Program-made: the position numbers and the translations under genes | Origin: Octopus bimaculoides | Taxonomy: Eukaryota | Assembly: GCF_001194135.2 (NCBI RefSeq) | Contig: NC_068984.1 | Coordinates: forward strand, 29,412,538 to 29,462,285 | Direction of reading: 5' to 3' | Length of the DNA: 49,748 bases | Shown: positions 26,441 through 38,853 of the stretch, in pieces | Numbering within the stretch: position 1 is the stretch's first letter | How the letters are laid out: every line of letters starts with the position of its first letter | Notes under the pieces: generated by a model | The model's input: only the letters and a program-made list of their open reading frames with translations | The model's database searches: none | Told to the model about the DNA's origin: nothing

Positions 26441-27245
26441 GTGAAAAATCATAGCTTTTTTTCACTGGGTATGATGGGAAAGTGTCAACTGTCAAAAGCC
26501 AGATCACTAAGTTAACACTTGTTCATTGATCATGCTTCAAAATCCATGCGAAGTACTTTTGCAGTTCCAAGCATCGATGATTTTAATAGGTGCTCTATTT
26601 TCACATTAGTTCTAATGTCTTTTTGAACCATGCTGGTAGTTGGGTGCTGTTACCGCCAAGTGCATCAATCCCGATTGGTATCAATTCTACTTTTTTCATT
26701 GCCCACAATCTGCGTATTTGAGTTCATTATAGTAATTTACTTCTTTCTCTTCAGTTTTGTTATTACCAGGACATGCTACGTACATTAATAGGCAAGGTTT
26801 TCTTTTCTGTTGACCACAACAGCGTCAAGTTTTCGATGTTTAATCTGATGGTCGCACTAAGTCATTGCATCCTACAGGATTTTACAATCTTTATTCTCAG
26901 TAACACCGCTTGGCATTTGGTCATACCACATCTTTGATCTTTCGAGGCCATAATTTCCACGAAGCTCACAATGGATTATTCTTGACCCATTGTCATGTTG
27001 CCTTTTATATTTGTTGTGTCAATTTCGGGCACTCATCAATGTACCACACTGTTTCACCCCTCTCACCGCACATTCTGCATTTGTCACTCGCGGTTGTTTT
27101 ATCAATTCTGCTCTTCACGTAATTTGCCCTCAATCCCTGCTTTTGTGCCGCGCATATCAGTGCTTCTGTTTCTGTTATCAAAGCACTCCTCCGTATCCAT
27201 AACCTTCGTCCTTCTATACCTGCTTTGCTCTCGTATCTTTTGCAA
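26441..27245 (-). mobile_element. 5'-truncated R4/Dong-like LINE, copy D (CCHC + RLE + 3'UTR), degenerate
   Basis: ETEALICAAQKQGLRANYVKSRIDKTTASDKCRMCGERGETVWYIDECPKL...KDCKIL*D...VACPGN...LGTAKVLRMDFEA* across frameshifts; ends at (AAT)n. Confidence 0.85.
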
Positions 27246-28760
27246 CATTAAGAAAAGAAGTCTAGATGCTGTTTAACAGTTCAATGGCTCAATTATGCGT
27301 TACTCTGCGATGTGCTCTCTAATTTATGCATTGCTAAGCGAAAAGTAAGCATTAGTACAACTTTCATTGTATACATGCCAAGAGTTAACAAGATGATATG
27401 AAAATAATGTATATTGTATTTAATACATATATGAAGATATAAACATGATGGATGTGATTCTTTTTCTCTGTCTCTCATGACTGGAGCTTGACGATGTGAA
27501 CTTTCTTAGGGAATGCTGTAATATGCATGTAAATTCTCGGTCACTGTGACTCTGGTTGCAATTCGTTTTTATTTACATCATAGGAAAAGAATGAATTACT
27601 CAACTACTCATTTTATCCCCATGATATTATCAAACATCTATCACTATAAAATACAGCTCGAAAAGTTTTCGCGATTGTATCAATTTCGATACTTTAGTCT
27701 TGTATATTATCGTAATGTACAATATTGCTAAGCATCATATATTTTTTTTGTGTCGTCCCAAATAATTAGGTATAGTAGCCGTTGGAAAATTGTGTGAGAA
27801 AAATAACTTTCTACTTGATTATGAAAACTAACCTGCCTGGCTTTTTAAGTAATCATCAATTGCCAATTGTTCTTAAGCTAATTACTCTCCATAGTTTGTT
27901 TCAGAAAATACTTATTTGGTATATTTATTATTTTTAACATGCCGTTGATGAGCAGTCACCTCGTTTCTTTCATTTGGAGTTATTTATTTCTTTTTCCATT
28001 TTTTTTTTCAATTTTCTCACACTATATTAAACTTCTCATATTTTCTCGCTGTTTCTTGATTGCTATCACATAACATCTTGTAGATTCCTAATTTCCCATG
28101 TTCTTTGAGTCTCCGTTGTAATATCGCAGGTTTCTGAGTATTTGTGTTAATGCTATATATTTATACTTGTATTTGTATATGTTTATTACTATGCTCAGTG
28201 TATAAAGCTTCTATAAAACATAAAACAGCATCCATAAAATATTATGTAGATGCTATTCTAAACATTTAAAAAAATTTATAAGTTAAACGTCTCCTAGACT
28301 TTACGTCTGTGTTTCACTTAAATTGTATGGAAACAGTTCAATATAACGGTAGAATGTATTAAATAGCATGCTCTGAAACACAACCCTATCTGCCTAATAT
28401 AACTTCCTTAAATTTCTCGGTTTTAGAACCCTGAAACCTGGAGAATGTTGCTACTTATTTTATCGAAATTTCGAGCCATTCACAAAAGGAATACAATTCA
28501 CAAAGCTCTGCGTAAGAGTGAGAAAGAAAAGTGTAAAGAATATGAAAAAAAGTAAGAGAATGAAAGAAAGAGGAAGAGAGAGAGAGAGGGGGGGGGAGAA
28601 AGAGAGAAGCATTAGGGTATTTGAAAATAAAGTAAAAATATAGTGGAAATTTGACAGAAACATGGGAGAAACATTAAAGAGAAGTACGGACGAGTGAAAG
28701 AAGTGAGTAGCGTTCGCAGTGTGAAAATAGTTACTATGTATATATACACATACATACATA

Positions 28761-29518
28761 CTAGCTGACGTACCCGGTAATTCCCGGAAAAGCGGGGCAT
28801 ATCCACTGGTCCCGATCTCATAATTTGTTTTGTTAATCCAATAGCAACAATAGAAGGTATGTAGACGTTTGAACGGTTTTTCATTATTTACAGAGGATAC
28901 CAAACCGTCTTACATAGGATCTTGTTTTTAGGAAATCCCAATAAGTTATGAATACCAAAATTGTGAAGTCAGTTACGTAATAACATGCAAATTAGTTACC
29001 CGATAGTAACAGTTCAAATAAAGTAGCCCTGAAAAGGTTTTAATGCGTCCCCAGATTATATAGAATTTAGGATTATATAGAACATACCAATAAGGTATGT
29101 ATACGTGAAGCATATTGCGTAATAACAGGTAAACCGGATATGAGATAACAATTCAAAGTAAGTAACTCTGAAAAGCTCTTCATGCATTGTCTGTCAATTG
29201 CTGAAGTGACATGAAAGGTATCGACATTCATGGTATATTGGTGAATAAGTCACTAAGCGAAATAAATAGATATATTGTTGAGGAAAATGCTATTTACTTG
29301 TTTAAGGGTTGTTCTGGGTAAAGTGCAAAAATAACGCTAACAATTCGTATACTAAGAAATAAAGCATACTCAACTCTATTTATACCAAATTAAATCAGTC
29401 GGATAGGAGGGCACCGCGGCGAGCATGGAAGCTGCGGATGCAATAACTTCATACACGGGCATTGCTGGCATTTTGCATGGGAAATGGTCAGTGATGGTCG
29501 TCCTCGGTCAAGACTAGA
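28761..29518 (-). mobile_element. Possible non-autonomous Helitron with ~149-bp internal tandem duplication
   Basis: Minus strand ends in a short GC hairpin (ccgg-n6-ccgg) ~10 nt before CTAG|T; candidate A|TC start at 29518; diverged repeats at 28940 and 29089. The left boundary of the element (5' end) is uncertain. Confidence 0.35.
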
Positions 29519-29520
29519 TA

Positions 29521-29564
<44 letters not shown>

Positions 29565-29784
29565 TTATGTAGAAGGTTGAAAAGGAACACGTGAGTTGAT
29601 ATAGATAAAGAAAATAATACAAGTTAGAAAATGTTAAAATAATTTTATCATGAAGAACATTTTAGTACAGGTTTCAGTCTTTATGACTTTTTCAACTTAG
29701 AGTAAACCATGAAAAACAATTAAATTGTGGAAACTATAGTACTAATTAAATCTGAAAAGAGATTTCAGCTGTGTTCATTTATGT

Positions 29785-29839
29785 GGGTGCCAAGCCAAAA
29801 AAATGAAAAGATGTAACAACTAGACCCGGTCCGCCCTAC
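29785..29839 (-). mobile_element. Orphan terminus of the pogo-like family
   Basis: ~89% identical to 39318-39373 (tgtaacaact-gacccggtc-ccctac). Confidence 0.7.
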
Positions 29840-30179
29840 ACGTTCCATAGGAGTTACTAGATATAAGGATAAGACACAAACACTACTTGCGATGCAAAAT
29901 AGGCACCCAACACATGACATGTGATTTTGAAACCAACAATTACACAAAACGTAAACGTATATGAGCGAAATGCAAGTACACACACACACACACATCTGAA
30001 AGATCCAGGGATCTAGGCGTAGGAAGAAAGCAATCCGTAGTAAATAAAAAAAAACTTCCAGGGATAATAGTGGTTTATTGAGACGGATATTTTCGTATCA
30101 AAGAACGATAAACTTAAGAAAAGTTCTTTTATATTCCACGGTAGGCGACCAAGGTTACCGGGTGTGCGAATAAGAGTAC

Positions 30180-30460
30180 AAGAGTTACGGAATCGAGTAG
30201 AAAAGATCCGAGCTACATATGTTTCATAGCGAGCGGAACCTCAGAAGTGGTAAAATCCAAGTGAGGTGTATACTGCTGACTACTGTTCAGGCCAAGGATA
30301 TCTTGATTAGATTAAAGGTTACATTGTCGCAAAGTGGTACATGTTGACTGAAGGAAGTTTCCATCAGAATCTGATACACTTGGATTTTACTACTTCTGAC
30401 GTTCTCCTCGCTAAGAAACATATGTAGCCCGGATCGTTCCGACTTCATTCCATAACTCTT
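30180..30460. mobile_element. Palindromic (foldback) MITE, 281 bp, 84-bp inverted arms
   Basis: 30180-30263 vs 30377-30460: ungapped, 72/84 identical; (TA)n on the right flank. Confidence 0.8.
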
Positions 30461-32014
30461 ATATATATATATATATACATATATAAGGTGTGTATTGCAG
30501 GTCAGAAAAACATTGGTCTTGATACAAAACCTGTAAAATTATCATATATATCATAGTGGTCACAACCTCGGGTAATGTTGTTGTGTGTACAAAATGTTTT
30601 TCAGTGTATACCCTTCACAGGTAAATATTAATTGCAGTTTACTTAAATTTTCGTTTCTACTCTCTCTTATATTTTTTTTTATCTGTGAGAATACTTTGCA
30701 CAAGGTATAATGAGACGTTAAAAAAAGATTATGTCGCAATACACGACATAGAAGGAAAAAAAATAAATTAAAAAGAAATATCTTTTGTTCACGTTCTCAA
30801 AACATTACCGTACAGTTCTTTTCTTCTCGAATTTTCTTTTTTATCATTAATTTTGATTTTGTCTGAAGTCTTATATCCTATTACATTGTTTCTTGTGGAA
30901 TTAGCTTTTGTTGAAGATGTTTTAAAATCTAAAGAGAATATTATATTTCAGTAGTGTCTGTTTTACCGACAGTAAATATGAAGGTAATGAAGCAGTGACA
31001 TGTGACTTGTTTCTGAAGAAAAAAAAAAAAAAAAGATGACAGATAATGATAAAACAAGAGGAAAAAAAAAGACAGAAAAATCATATGGACTTAAAATATA
31101 TATAATACAAAGAAAAATTCGCTGGGTTTAAAGAATTGTCTGCTTTCAAATTTAGCAAGCGAAATAAAGAGTACACATTCCATTGTCTTTAGATACAAAT
31201 AACTGACCAATTCTCACAAAAAACCTATTCACTTTAGACACTAATGATATAGACGTAAATATCAATTATTCTAAATATTTGCAATCATTAGTATACACTA
31301 ATGGGTGCAACAACACGTATTTAGCAGGTTTCATTCTAGGACTTTGTTAAGAAAATTAAGGACAATTTCAGTGAAATAGCAATTTCCTTGACACAAAACT
31401 GGTTGTAGACTCAGCTGATAGAAGAATACTCGTATTACTTACACTTAAATCAACTCAGATTAAACATATCCATTTATTTTACAAAGTTCAAGATCTAGGT
31501 ATACAGTATTAAGTATTAGGTTGAGAGAGTCAGCAAAATATTTGCAAAACTGTTAAAAGATACATGTTGAAAGCAGATGTATATCAGATCTAAGCATTAA
31601 CAGCATTTTGAATAGTGCTATTTATTATTATTCTGGTTTATGATAGTAGTGGCATGTTCAAAAATTTAAAGCGCCTTCTAAGTTCTGAGTGTCACCTTAA
31701 TCCAACTACGCATAATAAAAGAGATACTTCTGTTACACTGGAACCGATGTGGTCAACTATTTTCCATCCTTTATTGAAAATTGATGGCCTTGTAACAATG
31801 TGAGATAGCATTACTCAGATGTATTCAATCAGAAACAAGCGTATACTGTAATTTTAGTAACATTGACAATTATTATGTCGATCTCGAAGAGATGGCAAGT
31901 CAAGCAGACTTTAAAGTTACGTTGCTATTATATACCGTTCGACATTCAGTCTCATTACCCTACAGATTCTCTCTCATTCACTTGCTGAAAATTACACCTT
32001 AATGTTAAAAATAA

Positions 32015-32092
32015 CCCTAAACAAGATTCCCGTACTTCTACTGCGGACAATGTCCCTAAACAAGATTCCCGTACTCCTACTGCGGACAATGT
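32015..32092. repeat. 39-bp tandem duplication
   Basis: ccctaaacaagattcccgtact(t/c)ctactgcggacaatgt x2, one mismatch. Confidence 0.95.
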
Positions 32093-32644
32093 CTGCAGAA
32101 GGAATTGCAATCAATAACTTAAGGACAAAATTTAATCGTTATATGAAAGAAATCGCTAATTCTGGGTGTACATGATAGCATTAATAAGTTCGATATTTAT
32201 CGACTGAGTTGCAGAAAAGGAGAGTATCAGATCAAATGTTGTATAACGCTTTGTTTATCATTCACAGTTAAAATAAACCACTTGTATATGCCGTTTGTTA
32301 TCCTGGGATCAATGAAATAAATGTCATATGCAAGACTAACTAAATCGATTATACACATCTTCACTCATCGTCAAACTCGTGTTTTTATGCTAATATAAGC
32401 AATCACTATTATCAGAATATATTGGAAACATTAAACTAAAAAGGTTATTTAAAGATGTAGGAAAAATTGTCAGCAATTTAAAACTGTGATTCGATTTCGA
32501 TTTCTAACTGTATCCACTTCATTCAGTAAATGTAACCTGTCGTCTCGTTCAATGTCAATAAAGCTTAACACGCACTAATAGATATCTTCGATTACGAAAC
32601 GCTGAGAAATTAAATGTTCAGCACTTAAATTCGAGACATCGATA

Positions 32645-32810
32645 GACAAAGCATAGCTGAATGGTTCAGAAACGCACCTCTAAATTACAAGGTCGAGGAT
32701 TCAACTTCACTGCATGACATCTTGGAGAAATGCCTTTTTACTATGCTTTCGAGTCAACCCATGTAATACGAGCGAATTTAGGTTGACAAACTGTAGAAAG
32801 TACGCCGATT
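32645..32810 (+). mobile_element. Old SINE family C relic
   Basis: Degenerate head tagctgaatggtt...ggattcaacttcactgc...cttggagaaatgcc. Confidence 0.45.
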
Positions 32811-35018
32811 GTTTATCTACACTTCAAAGGTTCAGCATTGCTAGACTGCTTCACATTGATTCCACCTGAGTAAAAGGTTAAGATTGTAAGAGCCTGTAAA
32901 ATACACAACCACTTACAACTTGGTAGTTCAGCTTGTGGAACGTACTAAAAAATTGGAAATTCTCACTGAGATCCAGTTTATGTGTGGGCAATATTTATTC
33001 TGAGTTTAAATATTAATGTGTGGGGGTCATTCGTCTCTCTCTAACTTGATGAGATCAATACGGATGTATTATTGGAATTTATACATTTCTTTACGTTTCT
33101 CTTTATGTGAATTTGTAAAAACTCATACCTTTTTATTTCAAAGGACAACAGAAAACAAAGCATTTCCAAAACAACATATCTCGATATATTCATATTTCTA
33201 TACATTTCTCCAATTATGTATTTTTACCACCGGAACAATTTTGATTGGCAGGAGGAGAAACAGCCTGAAGCAAGGTGTAAGTGCCCCAAATCTGGCCAAG
33301 ATCGTAGAAGAGATTGCAATCAGTAACGTCAGGATCGACATTGGTATACATATAAGAAAGGCACTAACTGTGTGTACTTGTATTAGTTTAAAAGGGTCGG
33401 ATATTTATCTGAAACCGGTAAACAACATGGAGTAAATGTTTTACTGTTGTTAAAGAGGAATGCATATTGTTTCAAATATTCGGAGATACAAAAATAAAGC
33501 AAAAGTAGATAAATTTATTACGAGACGCTACAGTTATATAACATTTGCAAAAACTCATCAGTGAATCAAAACAGTCAAGGGGAACTTTTCAATCGCATTT
33601 ATAAATCATATTGATGCATTTTATTCCTTAGGCTACTTATTTAAGGTCATCGAGATATTTGTTCAATTATTTCTAGGATTTTTTTGGCTCATTCGATAGA
33701 TTTCTTGGTAGATGATTTAGATTTTAACTAAAATCTAAATGGCGTGTTTTGTGAAATGCTCATCGATCTCACAAAAAATAAAAATAATAAGATAAAATAA
33801 ATAAATAAAACATTTGATGTCATTTACCTGTTGATCTGATGGAGATTAGATTTATCAGATCGAATTAACCGTATATAGAATTTACCGAATATAAGCTAAT
33901 ATTCCCTGACCACTAGAATTAGGTAGTTGAGAGTTAAACGAAATTCGCCAACGTACAAAATTGCCAGCAATTGAAAACTTTCATAAGTTCTTTTCACCGA
34001 TCGATATCACAAACAGGTATTTTTTTATATTTACTTATTTATTTCTCCTAGCACAGAATTAATTCCCTTAAGATATTAAAATCAAAGATCTTTACAAATT
34101 GCTCTGAAGAAAAAAAAAAATGAAAGAAAAAAAAGAAACTAACAAATTTGTATGTTGTGTTGGTGAGATGAAATAATCACAGAATTTAAAAATCTATTTA
34201 GAAATAGTTAATAGCATTTATATAAATCCTACAAGATGCTCCGAAACACATTAAAAATTGAAGAAAATAACGTGTAGCAAGCCAGTTTAAACGTTGATAC
34301 ATACCTATTGTGAAGAAGCACGAGTTGAAATTTCTGACTTTTGGTGACATTTTGATAAATTGCGTTTTTCTGATTGATATCTTATGCAAGACAAATGAAA
34401 GATAATAGACAAAAAATATAATGAACGAAGCAATGATTTAATTCTAACAGGAATACTTATATCTCTGAACATATGATACTGATCAACGAAGCAGTAGCCT
34501 AAGGGAAGATTACTAAATACTGTCCGACGTTAGGTCGATTCCTAAGCTTTTCTGTTAAATGAATTTCTTTTAAAATTGTATTATACCGACCTTTATGCAA
34601 GGAGGGTGCATCGGACAATGTAGTTTCTAATAAAGAAAAAATAGAGGTTGAAATGTCTTTCATCATAGGTCTGCTCGATCAAAAACGAGCAATAACAATC
34701 GCAAATAACAACCGTTCACGAGCTGAAAAAAATTGATAACAAAATTGTGTTGCCGTGTTGCATGAATATCGACATCATAATGACATATGTATGCAAATGA
34801 ATCAGCTGAATTTCAATGACACTCATAGTACTATAGAACACAATAACGTTACATTAAGGATAAAAGACAGTGAGAGGAGATGTAGTTCGAGATATTATAT
34901 ATATCACACTGGATTTAGTTGTATTGCTTAAGAGTTTAGCAACTGAGAGTCTGGTAATATTAAAATGGTTGTGAACTTTCAATATTTTGAAGAATAAATA
35001 TTTGTTTCGACATGTTAA

Positions 35019-35128
35019 AGTAGATCTAATATAAAATAGCATTGATAATAAATGAAGCAGCATAGATCTGATATAAAATAGCATAGATCTGATGTGACGT
35101 AGTATAGATTTAATATGAAGCGGCATAA
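35019..35128. repeat. 21-bp degenerate minisatellite (~5 units)
   Basis: agcatagatctgatataaaat-like units. Confidence 0.7.
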
Positions 35129-35487
35129 GTTGAAGTCAAAACGATTTCAACAAATGACCTGAGCAAAAATTTCCTATAGAGCATGACGTAGAGTTGGGAT
35201 TGATTGTCTTATAATATTTTTGCTGTTGATGTTTGTTACTTGACTTAGGTCAGTCCTGATTGAAGTAGACTAATGATCAATGATGTTCAAGCCGTGTCTA
35301 TCCAGTCATGTATTCATAGGTGCACATGCATGTCTCATTCCCTAGGACAGTAGTGAGCTGAAAGTGATCTGACACTACTTTCAGCAAGTAGAGTATGTAG
35401 GCCCTCGCTGTGGGTCATGGAATTATTTTATTTTTATCTTGTGTCGTAACACTTGATCTCAGTCTATTTTGATCTTACAGAGGGAAA

Positions 35488-35566
35488 AGATAGATAGATA
35501 GATTGATAGATAGATAGATAGATTGATAGATAGATAGATTGATAGATAGATAGATTGATAGATAGA
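35488..35566. repeat. (GATA)n/(GATT) microsatellite
   Basis: Directly visible. Confidence 0.95.
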
Positions 35567-36459
35567 CTGACAGCAAGGGAGAAAGAGTTGTCGGGTGTAA
35601 CGAACAGGAAGTTCAAAGCTCTCCAGGAAAAAATATTGCATTAGGAGCTAAAGACAAAGTCATTCTTAAGATTTTATACAAAGGCTCCACGAGAACTTAG
35701 AACTTCATTTGGAGAATACGTCCATCTCTCAAAGATAAGTTAACATTAAATATTGCTTGCTTCATATTGAACCAATAAGTGACCCTCTTTGCGGTCGCTT
35801 CGATTTCTAAAATCTGTAGCGTTTATAATATAGAACATAGCGGGAAAATGTGGTCCCTGATATATTAAAAAGGCGAAAAATAGTCATGTATGTAGTGCTT
35901 TTATCATATGTCTACTTGATCGGCTGACCTCTGTTAAATAATATTAAACTGTTTGATTATTCAGTAAAATTACTAAAACAACTACGACTTAAACCTCAGC
36001 CTACCTTTGTTTTATCTTCATTCTGACTATTCGACAGGAACTATGTTAACATTAAACAAATTTAATACACGAAGCCAATCATACTGGTAATAGATTTGTT
36101 CTCTCGTATAGGTTAAGATAAATGGTAAATGGATATACTCGTTTTCCTGCTATTTTTTTCTTCGCAAAATACAATATCTTACTTTGAAAAATAAATGAAT
36201 AAAAAACAAAAAAATGAGAAATCAAACTAACAAAATAAAATATTTTCACTGTTTTTACTATTTGTTCTCTTGTTTTATGTTTTAAATGTTTGTCTTTATT
36301 TCATTCTGAATACAATTTAGATTCGTGATCGTAATAAATACCTGACGATAAAATCTATTACCGGAAATAAATTACATATTGTATTAGTTTATATAATACA
36401 TTTTCTCCCTTTGGGGTAATTTTCGATGTTGTTGTTATTGCTATTTTTCTCATTGCTTT

Positions 36460-36476
36460 TAGTAGTAGTAGTAGTG

Positions 36477-36531
<55 letters not shown>

Positions 36532-36550
36532 CAGTAGTAGTAGTAGTAGT
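36460..36550. repeat. (GTA)n microsatellite
   Basis: Directly visible. Confidence 0.95.
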
Positions 36551-37501
36551 AAAAGTTGTTGACGTTTCTCTCTTTCTAGTACTTGCTAGCATTCTTGTAT
36601 CTGATCTTACTGAAAGAAAAAGGCAAAATAAAAGAAAACTTATTCATATATTCACTGTTATTTTGATTTTTAATCCATCATGCTCTCTATCTTGTTTTAT
36701 CGATTAAATAAAAAACAAATAAACAAAAACAAAAACAAACAAATATACAATAATAGAAGCAATAAATACCAAAAACAGACATTTTTTTTCGGTTAGAGCA
36801 ACAACATTTAAGAGAACAACGGAATAACAGGGTTAAGATATATTTCGAAATAGAAGTAACAGGAAAAACTGAAAATTATATATCACTATTAAGAAAAAGA
36901 GACTGACTGAAAGAAAAAACGGCGGTGTGCAGTTCAATCTGAAATAATGGAATCAATTACAACACTTTTATATAATAAATATAATTTTCTGGCGAAAACT
37001 ATGAATGAGGGATTTATTGTTAATTTAGTTTTGAACTTGGGTGTTGTAAATCTCTTGTACAAGTGGTTGGAAATTGACACTAGTAAAAATATTATTATAA
37101 AAAGTAGAAAGTAAAATAGATATGCTATGTATGAACTATATTTACTTATTTGATTATATTTTAGTGTTTCTTTCATTGTTCCTTTCTTTTCACATCTTGA
37201 CCAAGCATTGTTATGAGAGTAAGTTGGAAATCTGGAAATACAATTTTCTCCAAAATCCAGAAAAGATTTTATTCAAGAAAGCAAATTGTCCATAAAAAAC
37301 ATTTGAAATAATCAGCTTTAGAAACATGCTAATAATTATGGGTGAAATTTTGACTGATTGTCCGAACAAATGTGCCCATTAAGCATATAATCAATGATTT
37401 TCCAACGTTATGAACAGCTAATAGCTATAGCTTAAAACAATCGCGAAACTTAATTTAAAATTTTCAAACCTTGCTCCGTTCAATAACATGATCAGCAGAT
37501 G

Positions 37502-37859
37502 TTCACAGTTTTCTAGGTCTTGCTGTTTGTTACGTTGTTTAGCATCAATTCAACCAAAATCGTGTGGACCTACGATTAATGGCATTCTATCCATTCCATG
37601 GATAGAAAACAATATTATCTAATATTATCTATATATAAAAGACAATATTATTTAATGTGTCCTAAAGCACTGTGAGGTTTGGGAGAAATTTGGCTGCCAT
37701 TTCTAGCCGTTCGGGGGACCACATTGCAGTTCTCTCGTTTACTTCGTTGATCATAATACATCTCTCACAATTAACAGATAGAACATTATAACCTATATAC
37801 AACACCCTTGCTTTTTGAGCCAGAAAATCGCATTTCTGAATGCCATAGGATTCTATATG
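37502..37859 (+). repeat. ~355-bp interspersed repeat, left copy of an inverted pair
   Basis: ~92% identical to the reverse complement of 43299-43652 (manual alignment). Confidence 0.9.
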
Positions 37860-38124
37860 TATTAACTAGCCAACACAGGAACATCTACGTGGTCGCTTCA
37901 CCAGCTGAAAATAGTGACCAAAACTCTCAAAGTTCTCGCCCTGTCGTTTTAAGGGGAGAAAGGTCACGTTGCACAATGCACTCACTTAACTATTTATAAA
38001 ATAGAATGCTGGCCTATGTCAGGATGACTTTGATCATACATTTGCTAAACCATATCTGACGCGGTCAAAGAACTACAAGTATTACATTACTAGTGCTGTG
38101 TACGATGTAATCCCCAGAAATCCA

Positions 38125-38853
38125 CGATCGGGGCTAATTGTTACAGTGTATCAACTTACCCCAGGCATATAACAACTTACCCCTTCTATTTCAGTTTAAC
38201 ACGCCATGCCTAGAAATTACAAAAGGAAGACTACAAGGGGGGATACCCCTCCTGATATCATGGGAAAAGCCGCCAGAAAAGTTGTGGATGAAAAGAAATC
38301 ATTACGGGATGTTGCCGTAAAATTGCGCATAGTGGATGAAATAAACGAACGGAAATTCAAACCAAAGAAGGCAACTGGTAAAGAAAAGGCAATGAAGGAG
38401 AAGGGAAAGTCAACTAAAGCAGGTAAAGGCAAAGAGGAGCAGCCTCGCAGCAGGAAAGTCGCCGATTAGAAATGCTTTGTCTGTTCAGATTGGTATTCCA
38501 ACTCCCTTCCAGGTGAAGAATGGGTGCACTGCATGATCTGTAAAGACTGGGCACACACTGACTGTACCGAGGGACGACAGGACTTTCTGTGTGATCTGTG
38601 TGGTGAGAAATTAATGGAGGACGATTCCGACTAGATGGCACATGTAACAATGGGGAAATTCGCTGATGAGGACTCTCAATATCACAGTTAAGAGATGAGG
38701 TGGTTCAAAGCACAGTTAATTAATTAAAATAATACTTCCTAGATGCAAGAAGAAGCTGACGTATTCATTTAAAACTTGTTTGTTAACATAATTCCGAGAT
38801 ATCGACACTTGTAACAAAGTACCTCAGTAAGTGTTACAACGTACCCCGCACTC
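38125..38853 (+). mobile_element. Internally deleted pogo/Tigger-like DNA transposon (element 1)
   Basis: Left terminus cgatcggggctaattgttaca matches the family terminus at 39346-39373 (17/21); repeated caacttacccc/gtaaca subterminal motifs; transposase N- and C-terminal remnants. Confidence 0.65.
38206..38634 (+). pseudogene. Transposase-derived HTH start + Lys-rich linker + PHD finger, interrupted by one TAG (38467-38469)
   Basis: MPRNYKRKT...SLRDVA resembles the start of psq-type HTH pogo transposases; after the TAG, CFVC..CMIC..H..C..CDLC is a C4HC3 PHD; no DDE core. Confidence 0.75.

Noticed and set aside
38663-38720. Hammerhead ribozyme at CTGATGA
   Set aside because: No GAAA after a plausible stem II and no cleavage-site arm.
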